Positions 21,364 to 30,305 of a DNA stretch of 64,000 nt are shown in pieces. Under the pieces are notes generated by a model, which worked only from the letters and a program-made list of their open reading frames with translations, did no database searches and was not told the DNA's origin. The position numbers and the translations under genes were made by a program. The DNA comes from Candidatus Omnitrophota bacterium (GTDB taxonomy: Bacteria; Omnitrophota; Gorgyraeia; S143-82), in NCBI GenBank assembly GCA_015494465.1, contig WGBD01000011.1, forward strand, positions 3,553 through 67,552, read 5' to 3'. Position 1 is the stretch's first letter; each line of letters opens with the position of its first letter.

Positions 21364-21391
21364 ATTATACAAATTTATCCCGCGATGGCAA
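21364..21391 (-). promoter_or_regulatory. Putative promoter for tRNA-Glu (-35 TTGCCA, 16 nt spacer, -10 TATAAT)
   Basis: Minus strand reads TTGCCATCGCGGGATAAATTTGTATAAT, with the -10 about 30 nt upstream of the tRNA 5' end. A small hairpin GGTATC-AGAA-GATACC sits between the ahcY stop and the -35. Confidence 0.55.
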
Positions 21392-21410
21392 GAGGTATCT
21401 TCTGATACCA

Positions 21411-22670
21411 TCAGGTCCCCAATTCCCAGCTCTCGAGATACCTCTTCTGCTCTGCGGTGAGGCGATCTATCTTCACACCCAAACTTCTCAGCTTCAGTCT
21501 GGCAACCCTTTCGTCTATCTCCTTGGGCACGCGATACACCGCAGGCCTTAGGGCCTTTGCCTTGCGCACCACGAACTCCGCGCTCAGGGCCTGATTGGCA
21601 AAACTCATGTCCATCACGCAGGCAGGATGCCCTTCCGCTGCGGCGAGGTTTATCAACCTGCCCTCGCCCAACAGGTAGATCCGTTTACCTCCGGGGAGGG
21701 TATACTCGTCGACGAATGGCCTTATCCTGCGCTTTGACTTCTTTAACCTCTCTAGAGCGGATATGTCTATCTCCACATTGAAGTGCCCGGAATTGGCAAC
21801 TATCGCCCCGTCTTTCATCACCTTGAAGTGTTCCTCCCGTATCACATGGATGTCTCCGGTGACGGTGACGAATATGTCGCCTACCTTGGAGGCCTCCCTT
21901 ATGGGCATCACCTGATAGCCGTCCATAACCGCCTCAAGGGCCTTTATCGGGTCCACCTCGCAGACGATCACCTTCGCACCCATCCCACTGGCCCGCATGG
22001 CAACGCCCCTTCCGCACCAACCGTAACCGCACACCACTACGGTAGATCCTGCTATCAGGCGGTTGGTAGCCCGCAGGATACCGTCGATGGTAGACTGTCC
22101 CGTCCCGTACCTGTTGTCGAAGAGGTGCTTGGTATCAGCGTCGTTCACCGCGATTATCGGATACCTCAAGAGGCCCTGCTTCTCCAGTGCCTTGAGCCTT
22201 ATCACCCCGGTGGTGGTCTCCTCAGTCCCGCCTAAGACCTCCTCGGCCAGATCTGTGCGCTTGGAGTGCAAAAGAGAAACCAGATCCGCCCCGTCGTCCA
22301 TCGTGATGTGCGGCTTTATGCTGGCACAGGCCAAGAGATGCGAATAATAGGTCTTTTTATCCTCCCCCTTTATGGCAAACACCGGTATTCCGTGGAACTT
22401 GACCAAGGCGCTGGCGACATCGTCCTGCGTGCTCAGGGGATTGGAGGCACACAGGCACACCCTTGCCCCGCCCTCCTTTAGGGTAATCATAAGGTTGGCG
22501 GTCTCGGTGGTAACATGCAGGCAGGCGGAGATCCTGATCCCCTTTAGGGGCCTTCTCTTGCGGAAGTCCTCCCGTATGCTGGCCAAAACCGGCATGTCCA
22601 TCCCCGCCCACTCTATCCGCAGCCGTCCTTCCTTGGCGAGTTTCAGATCCTTTACATGGTAGTCCTTCAT
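21411..22670 (-). CDS. ahcY: Adenosylhomocysteinase (S-adenosyl-L-homocysteine hydrolase)
   Basis: 419 aa. N-terminus [29 protein letters not shown] with the NAD-binding GxGxxG region [19 protein letters not shown]. Confidence 0.92.
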   Translation of the reverse strand: MKDYHVKDLKLAKEGRLRIEWAGMDMPVLASIREDFRKRRPLKGIRISACLHVTTETANLMITLKEGGARVCLCASNPLSTQDDVASALVKFHGIPVFAIKGEDKKTYYSHLLACASIKPHITMDDGADLVSLLHSKRTDLAEEVLGGTEETTTGVIRLKALEKQGLLRYPIIAVNDADTKHLFDNRYGTGQSTIDGILRATNRLIAGSTVVVCGYGWCGRGVAMRASGMGAKVIVCEVDPIKALEAVMDGYQVMPIREASKVGDIFVTVTGDIHVIREEHFKVMKDGAIVANSGHFNVEIDISALERLKKSKRRIRPFVDEYTLPGGKRIYLLGEGRLINLAAAEGHPACVMDMSFANQALSAEFVVRKAKALRPAVYRVPKEIDERVARLKLRSLGVKIDRLTAEQKRYLESWELGT

Positions 22671-22684
22671 CGTCCCCTCCTAAC

Positions 22685-23494
22685 TCACTCAAATACCGAC
22701 CTCAATCCCATAACATCCAGCATGTCGTACAGTCCCTTGGCCTCCTGATGAACGAACTTCGCAGCCAGAAGGGCGCCCCGGGCAAAGGCGTAGCGGGAAC
22801 TGGCCCGATGGGTCAACTCCAACCGCTCACCCTCCACCCCGAACATAACCGTGTGCTCGCCCACTATGTCCGCACAGCGGATAGCGTGGATACCTACCTC
22901 GTCGGGAGAACGGGGACCGGTTATCCCCCTCCTGCCAGCGACGAGTTTGTCGTCGGTCAGGTTGCGGGCGGTCTTTATTATCTCCCACAATTTCATCGCA
23001 GTCCCCGACGGGGCGTCCTTTTTGTGGTGGTGATGGGCCTCTACTATCTCCACCTCGTAATTGTCCGGCAGGACGCTAATTGCCAACTGGGTGAGGACGA
23101 AGAGGAGATTCACCCCCAAAGACATATTCGGAGAGATCACTACGGCTATCTTCTCCCCCGCCCTGCGTATCCTCTGTCTCTCCGCATCGCTGAAACCTGT
23201 GGTGCCGATAACCATCTTTTTCCCAAACCGCTCCACCTCCTCCACCGCGGAAAGCGTGGCCTGAGGGGTGGTGAAGTCTATCACCACATCCACCTCGGGA
23301 AGGCCTGCTGGGAAGACATCCAACTTGGGATTGGTGCGGGCCTCTATACCCAGATCCCTCAATGTCTTGCCCAGATCCGGGTGCCTGCTCACCTCCCAAA
23401 GGGCAGCAATCTCAACGGTCTCGTCCGCCACCGCCAACTCGGTGATGGCCCTTCCCATCCTTCCCCGTGCACCCATAATCCCTATCCTGACCAT
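22685..23494 (-). CDS. dapB: 4-hydroxy-tetrahydrodipicolinate reductase
   Basis: 269 aa. N-terminus MVRIGIMGARGRMGRAI is a Rossmann fold, with a DapB C-terminal domain. Confidence 0.88.
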   Translation of the reverse strand: MVRIGIMGARGRMGRAITELAVADETVEIAALWEVSRHPDLGKTLRDLGIEARTNPKLDVFPAGLPEVDVVIDFTTPQATLSAVEEVERFGKKMVIGTTGFSDAERQRIRRAGEKIAVVISPNMSLGVNLLFVLTQLAISVLPDNYEVEIVEAHHHHKKDAPSGTAMKLWEIIKTARNLTDDKLVAGRRGITGPRSPDEVGIHAIRCADIVGEHTVMFGVEGERLELTHRASSRYAFARGALLAAKFVHQEAKGLYDMLDVMGLRSVFE

Positions 23495-23516
23495 ACCTCC
23501 TCCTCTCTATTGCAAA

Positions 23517-24527
23517 TCAAAATCGGCGACTGCTTATGGATAGGTGTAAGTCGTCCTTTATCCCCCGCACATACCACTGATAACCCAATCCCGCCACCAT
23601 AGCGGCATTGTCCAGACAATACCTCATCGGCGGGAAGTGTATCCTCAGACCGAGACCCTCTTCGGCCTCCTGAAACCTCTCCCGCAAATAGCGGTTGGCA
23701 GACACCCCTCCCCCCACCACCACATCTCTTATCCCGGTCTCTCTGGCAAGCCTTATCGTCTTATCCACCAACGGTTCCATCACCGCCTTCTGGAAACTGG
23801 CACACACATCGCAAACGAACCCCTCGCTCAATTCCTTATCCTTGAGGAAGTACAATAGAGCGGTCTTCACCCCGCTGAAACTGAAGTCGTAATCCCCGCC
23901 TCGGTAGACCGGAAATTCGAACCTGGGACTGCCCTGCAGGGCCTTTTTCTCTATTACCGGTCCTCCGGGGTATCCCAGGCCCAAAAGCCTCGCAGCCTTG
24001 TCCAAGGCCTCCCCAACTGCGTCGTCCTTCGTCTTGCCCACCAATTCCATGGCCTCGGGATGCCAATCCCGAACCACGAACAACAAAGTATGTCCCCCGG
24101 ATATCACCAGCCCCACGAACGGCATCCGAGGGGGATCGGGATTGTCTAAGAACGGGGCGTAGAGGTGGGCAAGGGTGTGGTCTATACCGACGATGTCCAG
24201 GCCCAGTCCCAGGGAAAATGCCTTGGCACAGGCAAGCCCGACTAGTAAAGACGGGGCAAGACCGGGGCGGTTGGTAACCGCTACCAGATCTATGGTCTCA
24301 ACAGCTATCCCGTCGCGCTCGAACAGATCCACCAAGAGCGGAGACAGGACTTCAATGTGTCTGCGCGCGGCTATCTCGGGTATTATCCCCCCGTAGCGGG
24401 AGTGGAACTCGAGACTGCTGGCCAAGACCTGTCGAACGACCCGTCTTCCTGCATCCACCACCGCAAAGGAGGTCTCGTCGCAAGAGGTCTCTATACCAAG
24501 GACCCTATTGATCCTCATCGGCATCAA
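23517..24527 (-). CDS. tsaD: tRNA N6-adenosine threonylcarbamoyltransferase
   Basis: 336 aa, Kae1/TsaD family. N-terminus MRINRVLGIETSCDETSFAVV with metal-binding His pairs. Confidence 0.9.
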   Translation of the reverse strand: MMPMRINRVLGIETSCDETSFAVVDAGRRVVRQVLASSLEFHSRYGGIIPEIAARRHIEVLSPLLVDLFERDGIAVETIDLVAVTNRPGLAPSLLVGLACAKAFSLGLGLDIVGIDHTLAHLYAPFLDNPDPPRMPFVGLVISGGHTLLFVVRDWHPEAMELVGKTKDDAVGEALDKAARLLGLGYPGGPVIEKKALQGSPRFEFPVYRGGDYDFSFSGVKTALLYFLKDKELSEGFVCDVCASFQKAVMEPLVDKTIRLARETGIRDVVVGGGVSANRYLRERFQEAEEGLGLRIHFPPMRYCLDNAAMVAGLGYQWYVRGIKDDLHLSISSRRF

Positions 24528-25047
24528 AGCCTTCTTCGTAATAGTCCAGAGAATCCTCCTGAAAGTACATATTGATGTTCATTATGAGGGGGAAGTTCCC
24601 ATTGGAAGGCGGGCTCTTTTTCTTCTTGAACAGATTCCAGAGGTTCCAACCACCGCTCTTCTTCCTGCCGAGATTCATAAGTTCTTCTATTATCCGATAG
24701 AGCTTACCCACCAACTCTTCCGGGGTGGGATTGTCGCTCAGGTTCACATAGAGAGACTTCTTTGCACATCTGGGACAAAGGAACAGCACCGTCCCACAGG
24801 AGAAACACTCCGCTACGGATCCCTCCTTCAGGTCAAAGGGTCTCCTGCATCTGTGACAGCGCAGGTTTTTTATACACTCAGGGCAGAGATAGGCAGAAGA
24901 CCTGCTCGGGGCCAGCAACTGGCGGGGTATGTCCGGGACGAACAATTTCCCACACCCGTCGCACCTCTGGGGAGTGCCCACCTCCGTGGCCACCCACTCC
25001 ACCTTCCTGCCTATCAGCCTCTTATGCCGACACCTCTTTTGAGCCAT
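24505..25047 (-). CDS. Hypothetical double zinc-ribbon protein with basic linker and acidic tail (180 aa)
   Basis: ATG at 25047 is preceded by the strong SD CCAAGGAGGAAAGG. Cys ligand pairs CDGC, CPEC, CHRC, CFSC and CPRC. These are followed by a basic segment GRKKSGGWNLWNLFKKKK, then an acidic tail EDSLDYYEEGFDADEDQ. Overlaps the thiC stop by 26 nt and the tsaD start by 23 nt. Confidence 0.7.
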   Translation of the reverse strand: MAQKRCRHKRLIGRKVEWVATEVGTPQRCDGCGKLFVPDIPRQLLAPSRSSAYLCPECIKNLRCHRCRRPFDLKEGSVAECFSCGTVLFLCPRCAKKSLYVNLSDNPTPEELVGKLYRIIEELMNLGRKKSGGWNLWNLFKKKKSPPSNGNFPLIMNINMYFQEDSLDYYEEGFDADEDQ

Positions 25048-26332
25048 ATTGCCTTTCCTCCTTGGCGATGTCCAACCTCTTTATAGCACAAAACTCCCCG
25101 CACATGCTACAGGCAGTTTCGTCGGTGAGGGGCAGTCTCTTCCTCAGGGCCTCTGCTGTGGGCGGGTGTATGGCGAGGCGTATCTGCTCTTCCCAGTCCC
25201 TCCTGGCCCGGGCAGAGGACATCTTCAGGTCCCAGGAGTAGGCCCGCCTATTGCCCCTCGCCAGGTCCGCACAGTGGGCCGCAATCTTCGTCCCTATCAC
25301 CCCCAGGAATACATCCTCCCGGGTGGGGTGGGATATGTGCTCTGCAGGGGTGACATAACAGAGCATAGACGCACCGTACCAACCAGCAATGGCCCCGCCT
25401 ATCGCCCCTGCGATGTGATCAAAGCCCACTGCCACATCCGTGGGCAACGGACCCAACACATAGAACGGCGCACCGTTGCAGAGCCTGTCTTCCAGGATCA
25501 TGTTCGCGGATATCTGATCCATTGGCACATGCCCCGGCCCCTCTATCATAACCTGCACCCCTGCCTCCCGGGCCCTTTCCGCCAGTTCTCCCAGAACGGT
25601 CAACTCTTCTATCTGGGCCCTGTCGGTGGCATCCGCAATTGCTCCGGGACGAAGGCCGTCTCCGAGGGAGATGGTCACATCGAACTCCTTCAACAGGGCC
25701 AGTATCTCGTCGAAGTGCTCGTAAAGGAGGTTCTCCTTCCGATTCTTCATTATCCATTCCGCAAGGATGGATCCGCCCCTGCTGACCACCTTCATCAGCC
25801 GGGAAGGCACATACCTCTCCACCGCCCTGCGGGTCAGGCCCGCGTGTAGGGTGAAGAAGTCCACTCCATCCTTTGCCTGCTCCTCCAGGACCGCAAGGAC
25901 ATCGTCAATACCCATCTCCCCGATGTCCCGTCCCTCCTTGGCCAGATCGTAAGCCACCTCGTAGATGGGCACGGTCCCGAACGGCACATCGGAGAGCGAT
26001 AATAACTCCCTCCGAATCCTTCTAAGATCCCCTGCGATGCTCAAGTCCATAACGCAGTCCGCTCCGGCAGATATAGCAACGCGGATCTTCTCTTTTTCCT
26101 CTTCGAGGGAACAGGAATCCGGCGATGTGCCGACGTTGGCGTTCACCTTCACCGAGAAGGCCTTGCCTATCACGCACGGACGGGGAAAGGAACGGGTCTT
26201 ATTCCTGGGTATAACCGCCCGGCCGTTGGCAACCTCCTCTCGAACCAACTCGGGAGAGACGCCCTCTTGCTGGGCACACAGGCGCATCTCCTCGGTCAAC
26301 ACGCCATTGCGGGCAAGTTCAATCTGCGTCAT
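25022..26332 (-). CDS. thiC: Phosphomethylpyrimidine synthase
   Basis: 436 aa radical-SAM ThiC with the C-terminal CSMCGEFCAIK cluster motif. Confidence 0.92.
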   Translation of the reverse strand: MTQIELARNGVLTEEMRLCAQQEGVSPELVREEVANGRAVIPRNKTRSFPRPCVIGKAFSVKVNANVGTSPDSCSLEEEKEKIRVAISAGADCVMDLSIAGDLRRIRRELLSLSDVPFGTVPIYEVAYDLAKEGRDIGEMGIDDVLAVLEEQAKDGVDFFTLHAGLTRRAVERYVPSRLMKVVSRGGSILAEWIMKNRKENLLYEHFDEILALLKEFDVTISLGDGLRPGAIADATDRAQIEELTVLGELAERAREAGVQVMIEGPGHVPMDQISANMILEDRLCNGAPFYVLGPLPTDVAVGFDHIAGAIGGAIAGWYGASMLCYVTPAEHISHPTREDVFLGVIGTKIAAHCADLARGNRRAYSWDLKMSSARARRDWEEQIRLAIHPPTAEALRKRLPLTDETACSMCGEFCAIKRLDIAKEERQYGSKEVSA

Positions 26333-27365
26333 CTATCCTCATCTTCTCTTTGTATTCGCGGACCCGTCTGACGGGGTCTTCGGCCAAAAGTATGTCCCTG
26401 CAGACCGCCACCGCCCAAGGTCTGTACCCGAGCAGGCCTACCATTCTATCCGCGTTTATCCCCCCTATCAAGACAAACCTCTTGCCTGCCCTATTATACC
26501 ACCTTTCCACCAAGCCAGTCCCGACTGGTGTGTAATCCGGTTTGGTGCGGGTGGGAAAGACCGGTCCCATGGTAAAGTAATCTACCGCCCGGTCCTCCTG
26601 GGCCCGGTTCACCTCCTCGTCGCTGTGGCAGGACTGACCTATTATCCTGCCCCATCCGACGATACGCCGGGCCTGGGCAGGCGGTATGTCTTTCTGCCCC
26701 AGGTGGAGGTGAAGTCCAGTGAGATAGGCGATGTCCGGGCGGTTATTCACGAACAAGAGCGTGTTGTCCACAAAGGGCCTTAGTTCCTCTATCAAAGATA
26801 AGACCGTCCTGTCAGGCACCTTCTCGGAGAAGCGGAACTGGAGTATGTCCACTCCCGCCTCAACAAGGGCCTTTCCCAGATCAAAGGGGTCCATCCCCTG
26901 CTCGTATACAAGGTCCAGATCAAATATTAGATAGAGATTCAGACCCTCCAACCTCCTCACGGTCGTCCTTCCTAAGGAGTCGGACTCCATCTCGTAGACC
27001 GCAAAGCGCATCGCCTGCCACTCCCCCACCAGATCCCCGGGAGCGAGGGCCCGACAGACCTCCTCTACCACCCTTATCGCGGACTTTATCCGGGAGAGAT
27101 TCGCCTGCAGGACCTCCAGTTCACCAGCGTAGGCCCGGGAAGGATTCTCCCTGCCGGGATCGTCCTCCACCGCGCGCTGGAAGGGGACATCACTCACCTG
27201 CTCCCGCAACCGGGCCTCCAGAGTGGAAAACCTGTGCCTCAGGGCCCTCCACCTCTCCGCGAGGTCCGCCTCCCGCATAAACCGGAACCAGTCCTCAACG
27301 ACCCTCAGGCCCTCTCTGGCCCGGTTCAGGTTGGCGTCCAACATTCGCACCAACTGCAAACTCAT
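26319..27365 (-). CDS. thiE: Thiamine-phosphate synthase ThiE with an extra N-terminal helical domain of about 135 aa
   Basis: The C-terminal 210 aa form a ThiE TIM barrel (GVDILQFR... GGINADRM). The N-terminal 135 aa ([29 protein letters not shown]...) form an additional all-helical domain that I cannot name. Confidence 0.75.
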   Translation of the reverse strand: MSLQLVRMLDANLNRAREGLRVVEDWFRFMREADLAERWRALRHRFSTLEARLREQVSDVPFQRAVEDDPGRENPSRAYAGELEVLQANLSRIKSAIRVVEEVCRALAPGDLVGEWQAMRFAVYEMESDSLGRTTVRRLEGLNLYLIFDLDLVYEQGMDPFDLGKALVEAGVDILQFRFSEKVPDRTVLSLIEELRPFVDNTLLFVNNRPDIAYLTGLHLHLGQKDIPPAQARRIVGWGRIIGQSCHSDEEVNRAQEDRAVDYFTMGPVFPTRTKPDYTPVGTGLVERWYNRAGKRFVLIGGINADRMVGLLGYRPWAVAVCRDILLAEDPVRRVREYKEKMRIDDAD

Positions 27366-27856
27366 CGTCTCTTATCCTTTATTATCCGAGAGATTATCCC
27401 AGTGGTCGATCTGCCCCTACGCAGGGGTATGGTTACCACCTCACCACCCCACGAGATCACTTCGTCCGCACCCACGATGTCCTTCACCCTCCAGTCTCCG
27501 CCCTTGACCAGCACATCCGGTCGCACCGTGCGTATCAACCTTATCGGCGTGTCCTCGGAGAAACTCACCACATAATCCACCACCTCAAGCCCGGCAAGGA
27601 CCCTTAACCTGTCCCTCAAGGGATTGACCGGTCGGTCCTTACCCTTTAGCCTGCGGACGGAGGCGTCCGAATTCACCCCCACGATCAGGACATCTCCCAA
27701 CTCCCTTGCCCGGGCGAGGTAATAGACATGGCCCCAGTGGAGTATGTCAAAACAGCCGTTGGTAAAGACTATCCTCCTGCCTTCCTTGCGCAGTCTCCTC
27801 ACCAAGGAAGGCAACTGTTTACGGGAGACTATCTTGGACTCTATCCCCTTGATCAC
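27362..27856 (-). CDS. D-glycero-beta-D-manno-heptose 1-phosphate adenylyltransferase (stand-alone RfaE/HldE domain II)
   Basis: 164 aa cytidylyltransferase-like protein with [13 protein letters not shown]. Matches the C-terminal domain of the bifunctional HldE. Confidence 0.85.
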   Translation of the reverse strand: MIKGIESKIVSRKQLPSLVRRLRKEGRRIVFTNGCFDILHWGHVYYLARARELGDVLIVGVNSDASVRRLKGKDRPVNPLRDRLRVLAGLEVVDYVVSFSEDTPIRLIRTVRPDVLVKGGDWRVKDIVGADEVISWGGEVVTIPLRRGRSTTGIISRIIKDKRR

Positions 27857-28854
27857 CCCTCTATCTCCGACTTGAGAGGTCTGGACATGAGCCTGCGCAG
27901 GGCCTCCGTGGGAGAAAGGCCCTCAAAGATCACCCGATAAACCGCCTCGGATATGGGAACGGATATGTCCAATTCCCCGGCCAGATCCAGTACCGCAGGC
28001 ACGGTGTATGCCCCCTCCACTGCAGTGGTGCTCCTGCGAAGGTATTCTTGAGGATCGCTTCCCCTGGCAACCGCCTCTCCGAATCTGCGGTTGCGACTGT
28101 GAGGGCTGAAGGCAGTGGTCAACAGATCCCCGAGTCCGGATATACCGTACACCGTCTCCTTCTTGCCTCCCACCCCGACCACGAACCGGGACATCTCTGC
28201 AACGCACCGGGTAAGGAGGGCAGACTTGGAGTTGGTGCCCAGTCCCAGTCCGTCGCAGATCCCAGCGGATATGGCCATCACATTCTTCAACCCGCCACAC
28301 CACTCCACCCCCAACACATCGTCGGAGGTGTACATCCTTATCCGTTCGTCGGACAACAGGGACTGCACCTCCCGGGCAAAGTCCTGACTCTTGGAGGCAA
28401 AGACCAGTGCAGTAGGCAGGCCCGCCACCACCTCCCGGGCTATCGCCGGTCCAGAAAGCACACCCACCAGATCCGGTCTGACTTTATCCTCCAATAACTG
28501 GCTCATCCGCCTGTGGCCTTGGGCCAGGATCCCCTTCGTGGCAACAATCCACTTGCCCCCGCGCAGTCCCAGATCACCGAGTCTGTCCAGCACCGCGGGC
28601 ACGAAGCGGGACGGCACCGCCAATACATAGGTATCCGAGAACGAGATCCACTCCCTTAGATCGGAGGTAGCGGATACGCGCTCGGGCAATCTGACGCCCT
28701 TTAGATAAGCGAGGTTTTCCCTCTGGACATTGATAGAGCGAATGTTCTCCTCGGAAGGCCCCCACAAGAGGGGATCTATCCCTTTCTCAGCAAAGAGGAG
28801 CGCCAGAGAGGTCCCCCACGCTCCGTCACCCAGAATAGAGATGCGCCTTATCAT
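27853..28854 (-). CDS. gpsA: Glycerol-3-phosphate dehydrogenase [NAD(P)+]
   Basis: [16 protein letters not shown] Rossmann motif. ATG at 28854 (MIRRISILG). The ORF track uses TTG at 28860. The start lies only 7 to 13 nt downstream of the tRNA-Gly 3' end, with no SD. Confidence 0.88.
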   Translation of the reverse strand: MIRRISILGDGAWGTSLALLFAEKGIDPLLWGPSEENIRSINVQRENLAYLKGVRLPERVSATSDLREWISFSDTYVLAVPSRFVPAVLDRLGDLGLRGGKWIVATKGILAQGHRRMSQLLEDKVRPDLVGVLSGPAIAREVVAGLPTALVFASKSQDFAREVQSLLSDERIRMYTSDDVLGVEWCGGLKNVMAISAGICDGLGLGTNSKSALLTRCVAEMSRFVVGVGGKKETVYGISGLGDLLTTAFSPHSRNRRFGEAVARGSDPQEYLRRSTTAVEGAYTVPAVLDLAGELDISVPISEAVYRVIFEGLSPTEALRRLMSRPLKSEIEG

Positions 28855-28867
28855 AGACAAAACAAAA

Positions 28868-28938
28868 AGCGGGCGATGGGAATCGAACCCACGTCATCGG
28901 CTTGGAAGGCCGAGGCTTTACCACTAAGCTACGCCCGC
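28868..28938 (-). tRNA. tRNA-Gly (anticodon UCC), CCA not encoded
   Basis: Reverse complement is GCGGGCGTAGCTTAGTGGTAAAGCCTCGGCCTTCCAAGCCGATGACGTGGGTTCGATTCCCATCGCCCGCT. Anticodon loop CTTCCAA, TTCGATT T-loop. Closely resembles bacterial tRNA-Gly(UCC). Confidence 0.88.
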
Positions 28939-28949
28939 GCTGGATTAAT

Positions 28950-28978
28950 ATTATATTTAAGCGCCTCCGCCGAATCAA
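28950..28978 (-). promoter_or_regulatory. Putative promoter for tRNA-Gly (-35 TTGATT, 17 nt spacer, -10 TATAAT); the -35 overlaps the lysC stop codon
   Basis: Minus strand reads TTGATTCGGCGGAGGCGCTTAAATATAAT. The -10 ends 11 nt before the tRNA 5' end. The TGA inside TTGATT is the lysC stop. Confidence 0.6.
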
Positions 28979-30216
28979 GCGGACTTCTTTCTCTTCTTGC
29001 CCAACCCAAACGCTGAATGCAGGGCGTTTACCGCCTTTGCCCCGTAGCGGGCCTTTACTATACAGGATATGCTAATCTCCGAGGTACTTATCATCTCTAT
29101 GTTTATCTTGTTCTTGGCCAACACCTCAAACATCGTCGCAGCGACACCGGGATGGTTTCGCATACCCACCCCCACTATAGAGACCCTGCATATGTCCTCG
29201 TCTGCGGTCACCTTATCCGCCTTTATCTTCCTGCGCACCTTCTCCAGCACCTCGAGGGTCTTTCTCAGATCGGCCTTGTTCACCGTAAACGAGATGTCGG
29301 TCTTGCCCTCGGAACTGACATTCTGCACTATCACATCCACATTTATGCCCGCCTTGGATATCTCCTTGAATATGCTCGCAGCGATACCCGGTCTGTCAGG
29401 CACGCCGGAGATGGTCACCTTGGCCTGACTCTTGTCCAGACTAACGCCTCTGACTACCGCACCCTCCATACCCTCGACCTCCTCAGTGATAAGTGTACCG
29501 GGTTTGTTGTTCAGACTGCTCCTGACGATGAGAGGCACCGAGAACTTCTTGGCTACCTCTATGGACCTGGCCTGCATTACCTGTGCCCCTAGCGAGGCCA
29601 GTTCCAGCATCTCGTCGTAGGTTATCACATCCAGTTTCCGGGCAGACTTGACTATCCTCGGATCCGCGGTGAATATGCCGTCTACATCGGTGAATATCTC
29701 GCACAGATCCGCCTTCAAGGCGTGGGCAAGGGCAACCGCAGTAAGGTCCGATCCGCCCCTTCCCAGGGTGGCTATGTCGCCCTCAGGAGAGAGCCCCTGG
29801 AAACCGGCAACGATGACCACATTGCCCCTTGCAATCTCCTGATGTATACGCTTGGGGATTATGTTAACTATCTTTGCCCTGGTATAGTCCCCGTCGGTGT
29901 AGATACCGCTTTGGGGCCCGGTCAATGCCACCGCCTTTATGCCCAAACGGTGCAGGGCCATCGTCAGGAGAGCAGAAGAGGCCTGCTCTCCGGTGGCCAT
30001 AAGCATGTCCATCTCCCTCGGTGAGGGATCGGGGTTTATCGCGTGGGCGAGGTCTATCAGTTCGTCGGTGGTGTCCCCCAAGGCAGAGACCACCACCACC
30101 AGATCGTACCCCTTCTTGCGATAAGAGGCAATCCTCCTGGCGACATTCCTTATCCTCTCGACATTCGCTACCGAACTGCCGCCGTACTTCTGGACTATCA
30201 GGCCCTTACTGCCCAT
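28975..30216 (-). CDS. lysC: Aspartate kinase
   Basis: 413 aa. N-terminus LIVQKYGGSSVANVERIRNVARRI is the amino-acid kinase fold, with two C-terminal ACT domains. Confidence 0.92.
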   Translation of the reverse strand: MGSKGLIVQKYGGSSVANVERIRNVARRIASYRKKGYDLVVVVSALGDTTDELIDLAHAINPDPSPREMDMLMATGEQASSALLTMALHRLGIKAVALTGPQSGIYTDGDYTRAKIVNIIPKRIHQEIARGNVVIVAGFQGLSPEGDIATLGRGGSDLTAVALAHALKADLCEIFTDVDGIFTADPRIVKSARKLDVITYDEMLELASLGAQVMQARSIEVAKKFSVPLIVRSSLNNKPGTLITEEVEGMEGAVVRGVSLDKSQAKVTISGVPDRPGIAASIFKEISKAGINVDVIVQNVSSEGKTDISFTVNKADLRKTLEVLEKVRRKIKADKVTADEDICRVSIVGVGMRNHPGVAATMFEVLAKNKINIEMISTSEISISCIVKARYGAKAVNALHSAFGLGKKRKKSA

Positions 30217-30276
30217 ACACCAAGACCTCCTATTCCGAACATTCCATCAGAAACGAATCCCTTTCAACGCCAGAAG

Positions 30277-30305
30277 ATTATACCCTTAACTTGAACCTTC
30301 GTCAA
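30277..30305 (-). promoter_or_regulatory. Putative promoter of lysC (-35 TTGACG, 17 nt spacer, -10 TATAAT)
   Basis: Minus strand reads TTGACGAAGGTTCAAGTTAAGGGTATAAT, followed by a leader of about 60 nt ending in the SD GGAGG, then the ATG at 30216. The -35 overlaps the stop of the upstream dehydrogenase gene. Confidence 0.65.

Noticed and set aside
21255-21551. ORF-track CDS 21255..21551 (+) and the thrS N-terminal extension to 21288
   Set aside because: Both overlap the tRNA-Glu gene. The tRNA call is strong, with a canonical cloverleaf and encoded CCA. thrS has a proper ATG with upstream purine-rich SD at 21189.
26319-27400. TPP riboswitch upstream of thiE/thiC
   Set aside because: rfaE2 overlaps the thiE start by 4 nt and thiE overlaps thiC, so there is no untranslated leader in which a riboswitch of about 100 nt could reside.
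28730-28927. ORF-track CDS 28730..28927 (+)
   Set aside because: It overlaps tRNA-Gly and the gpsA start on the opposite strand. No SD, and an implausible protein.
30217-30276. Lysine riboswitch or T-box in the lysC leader
   Set aside because: The leader between the -10 and the ATG is only about 60 nt, far shorter than either element. Only a plain SD-containing leader is visible.
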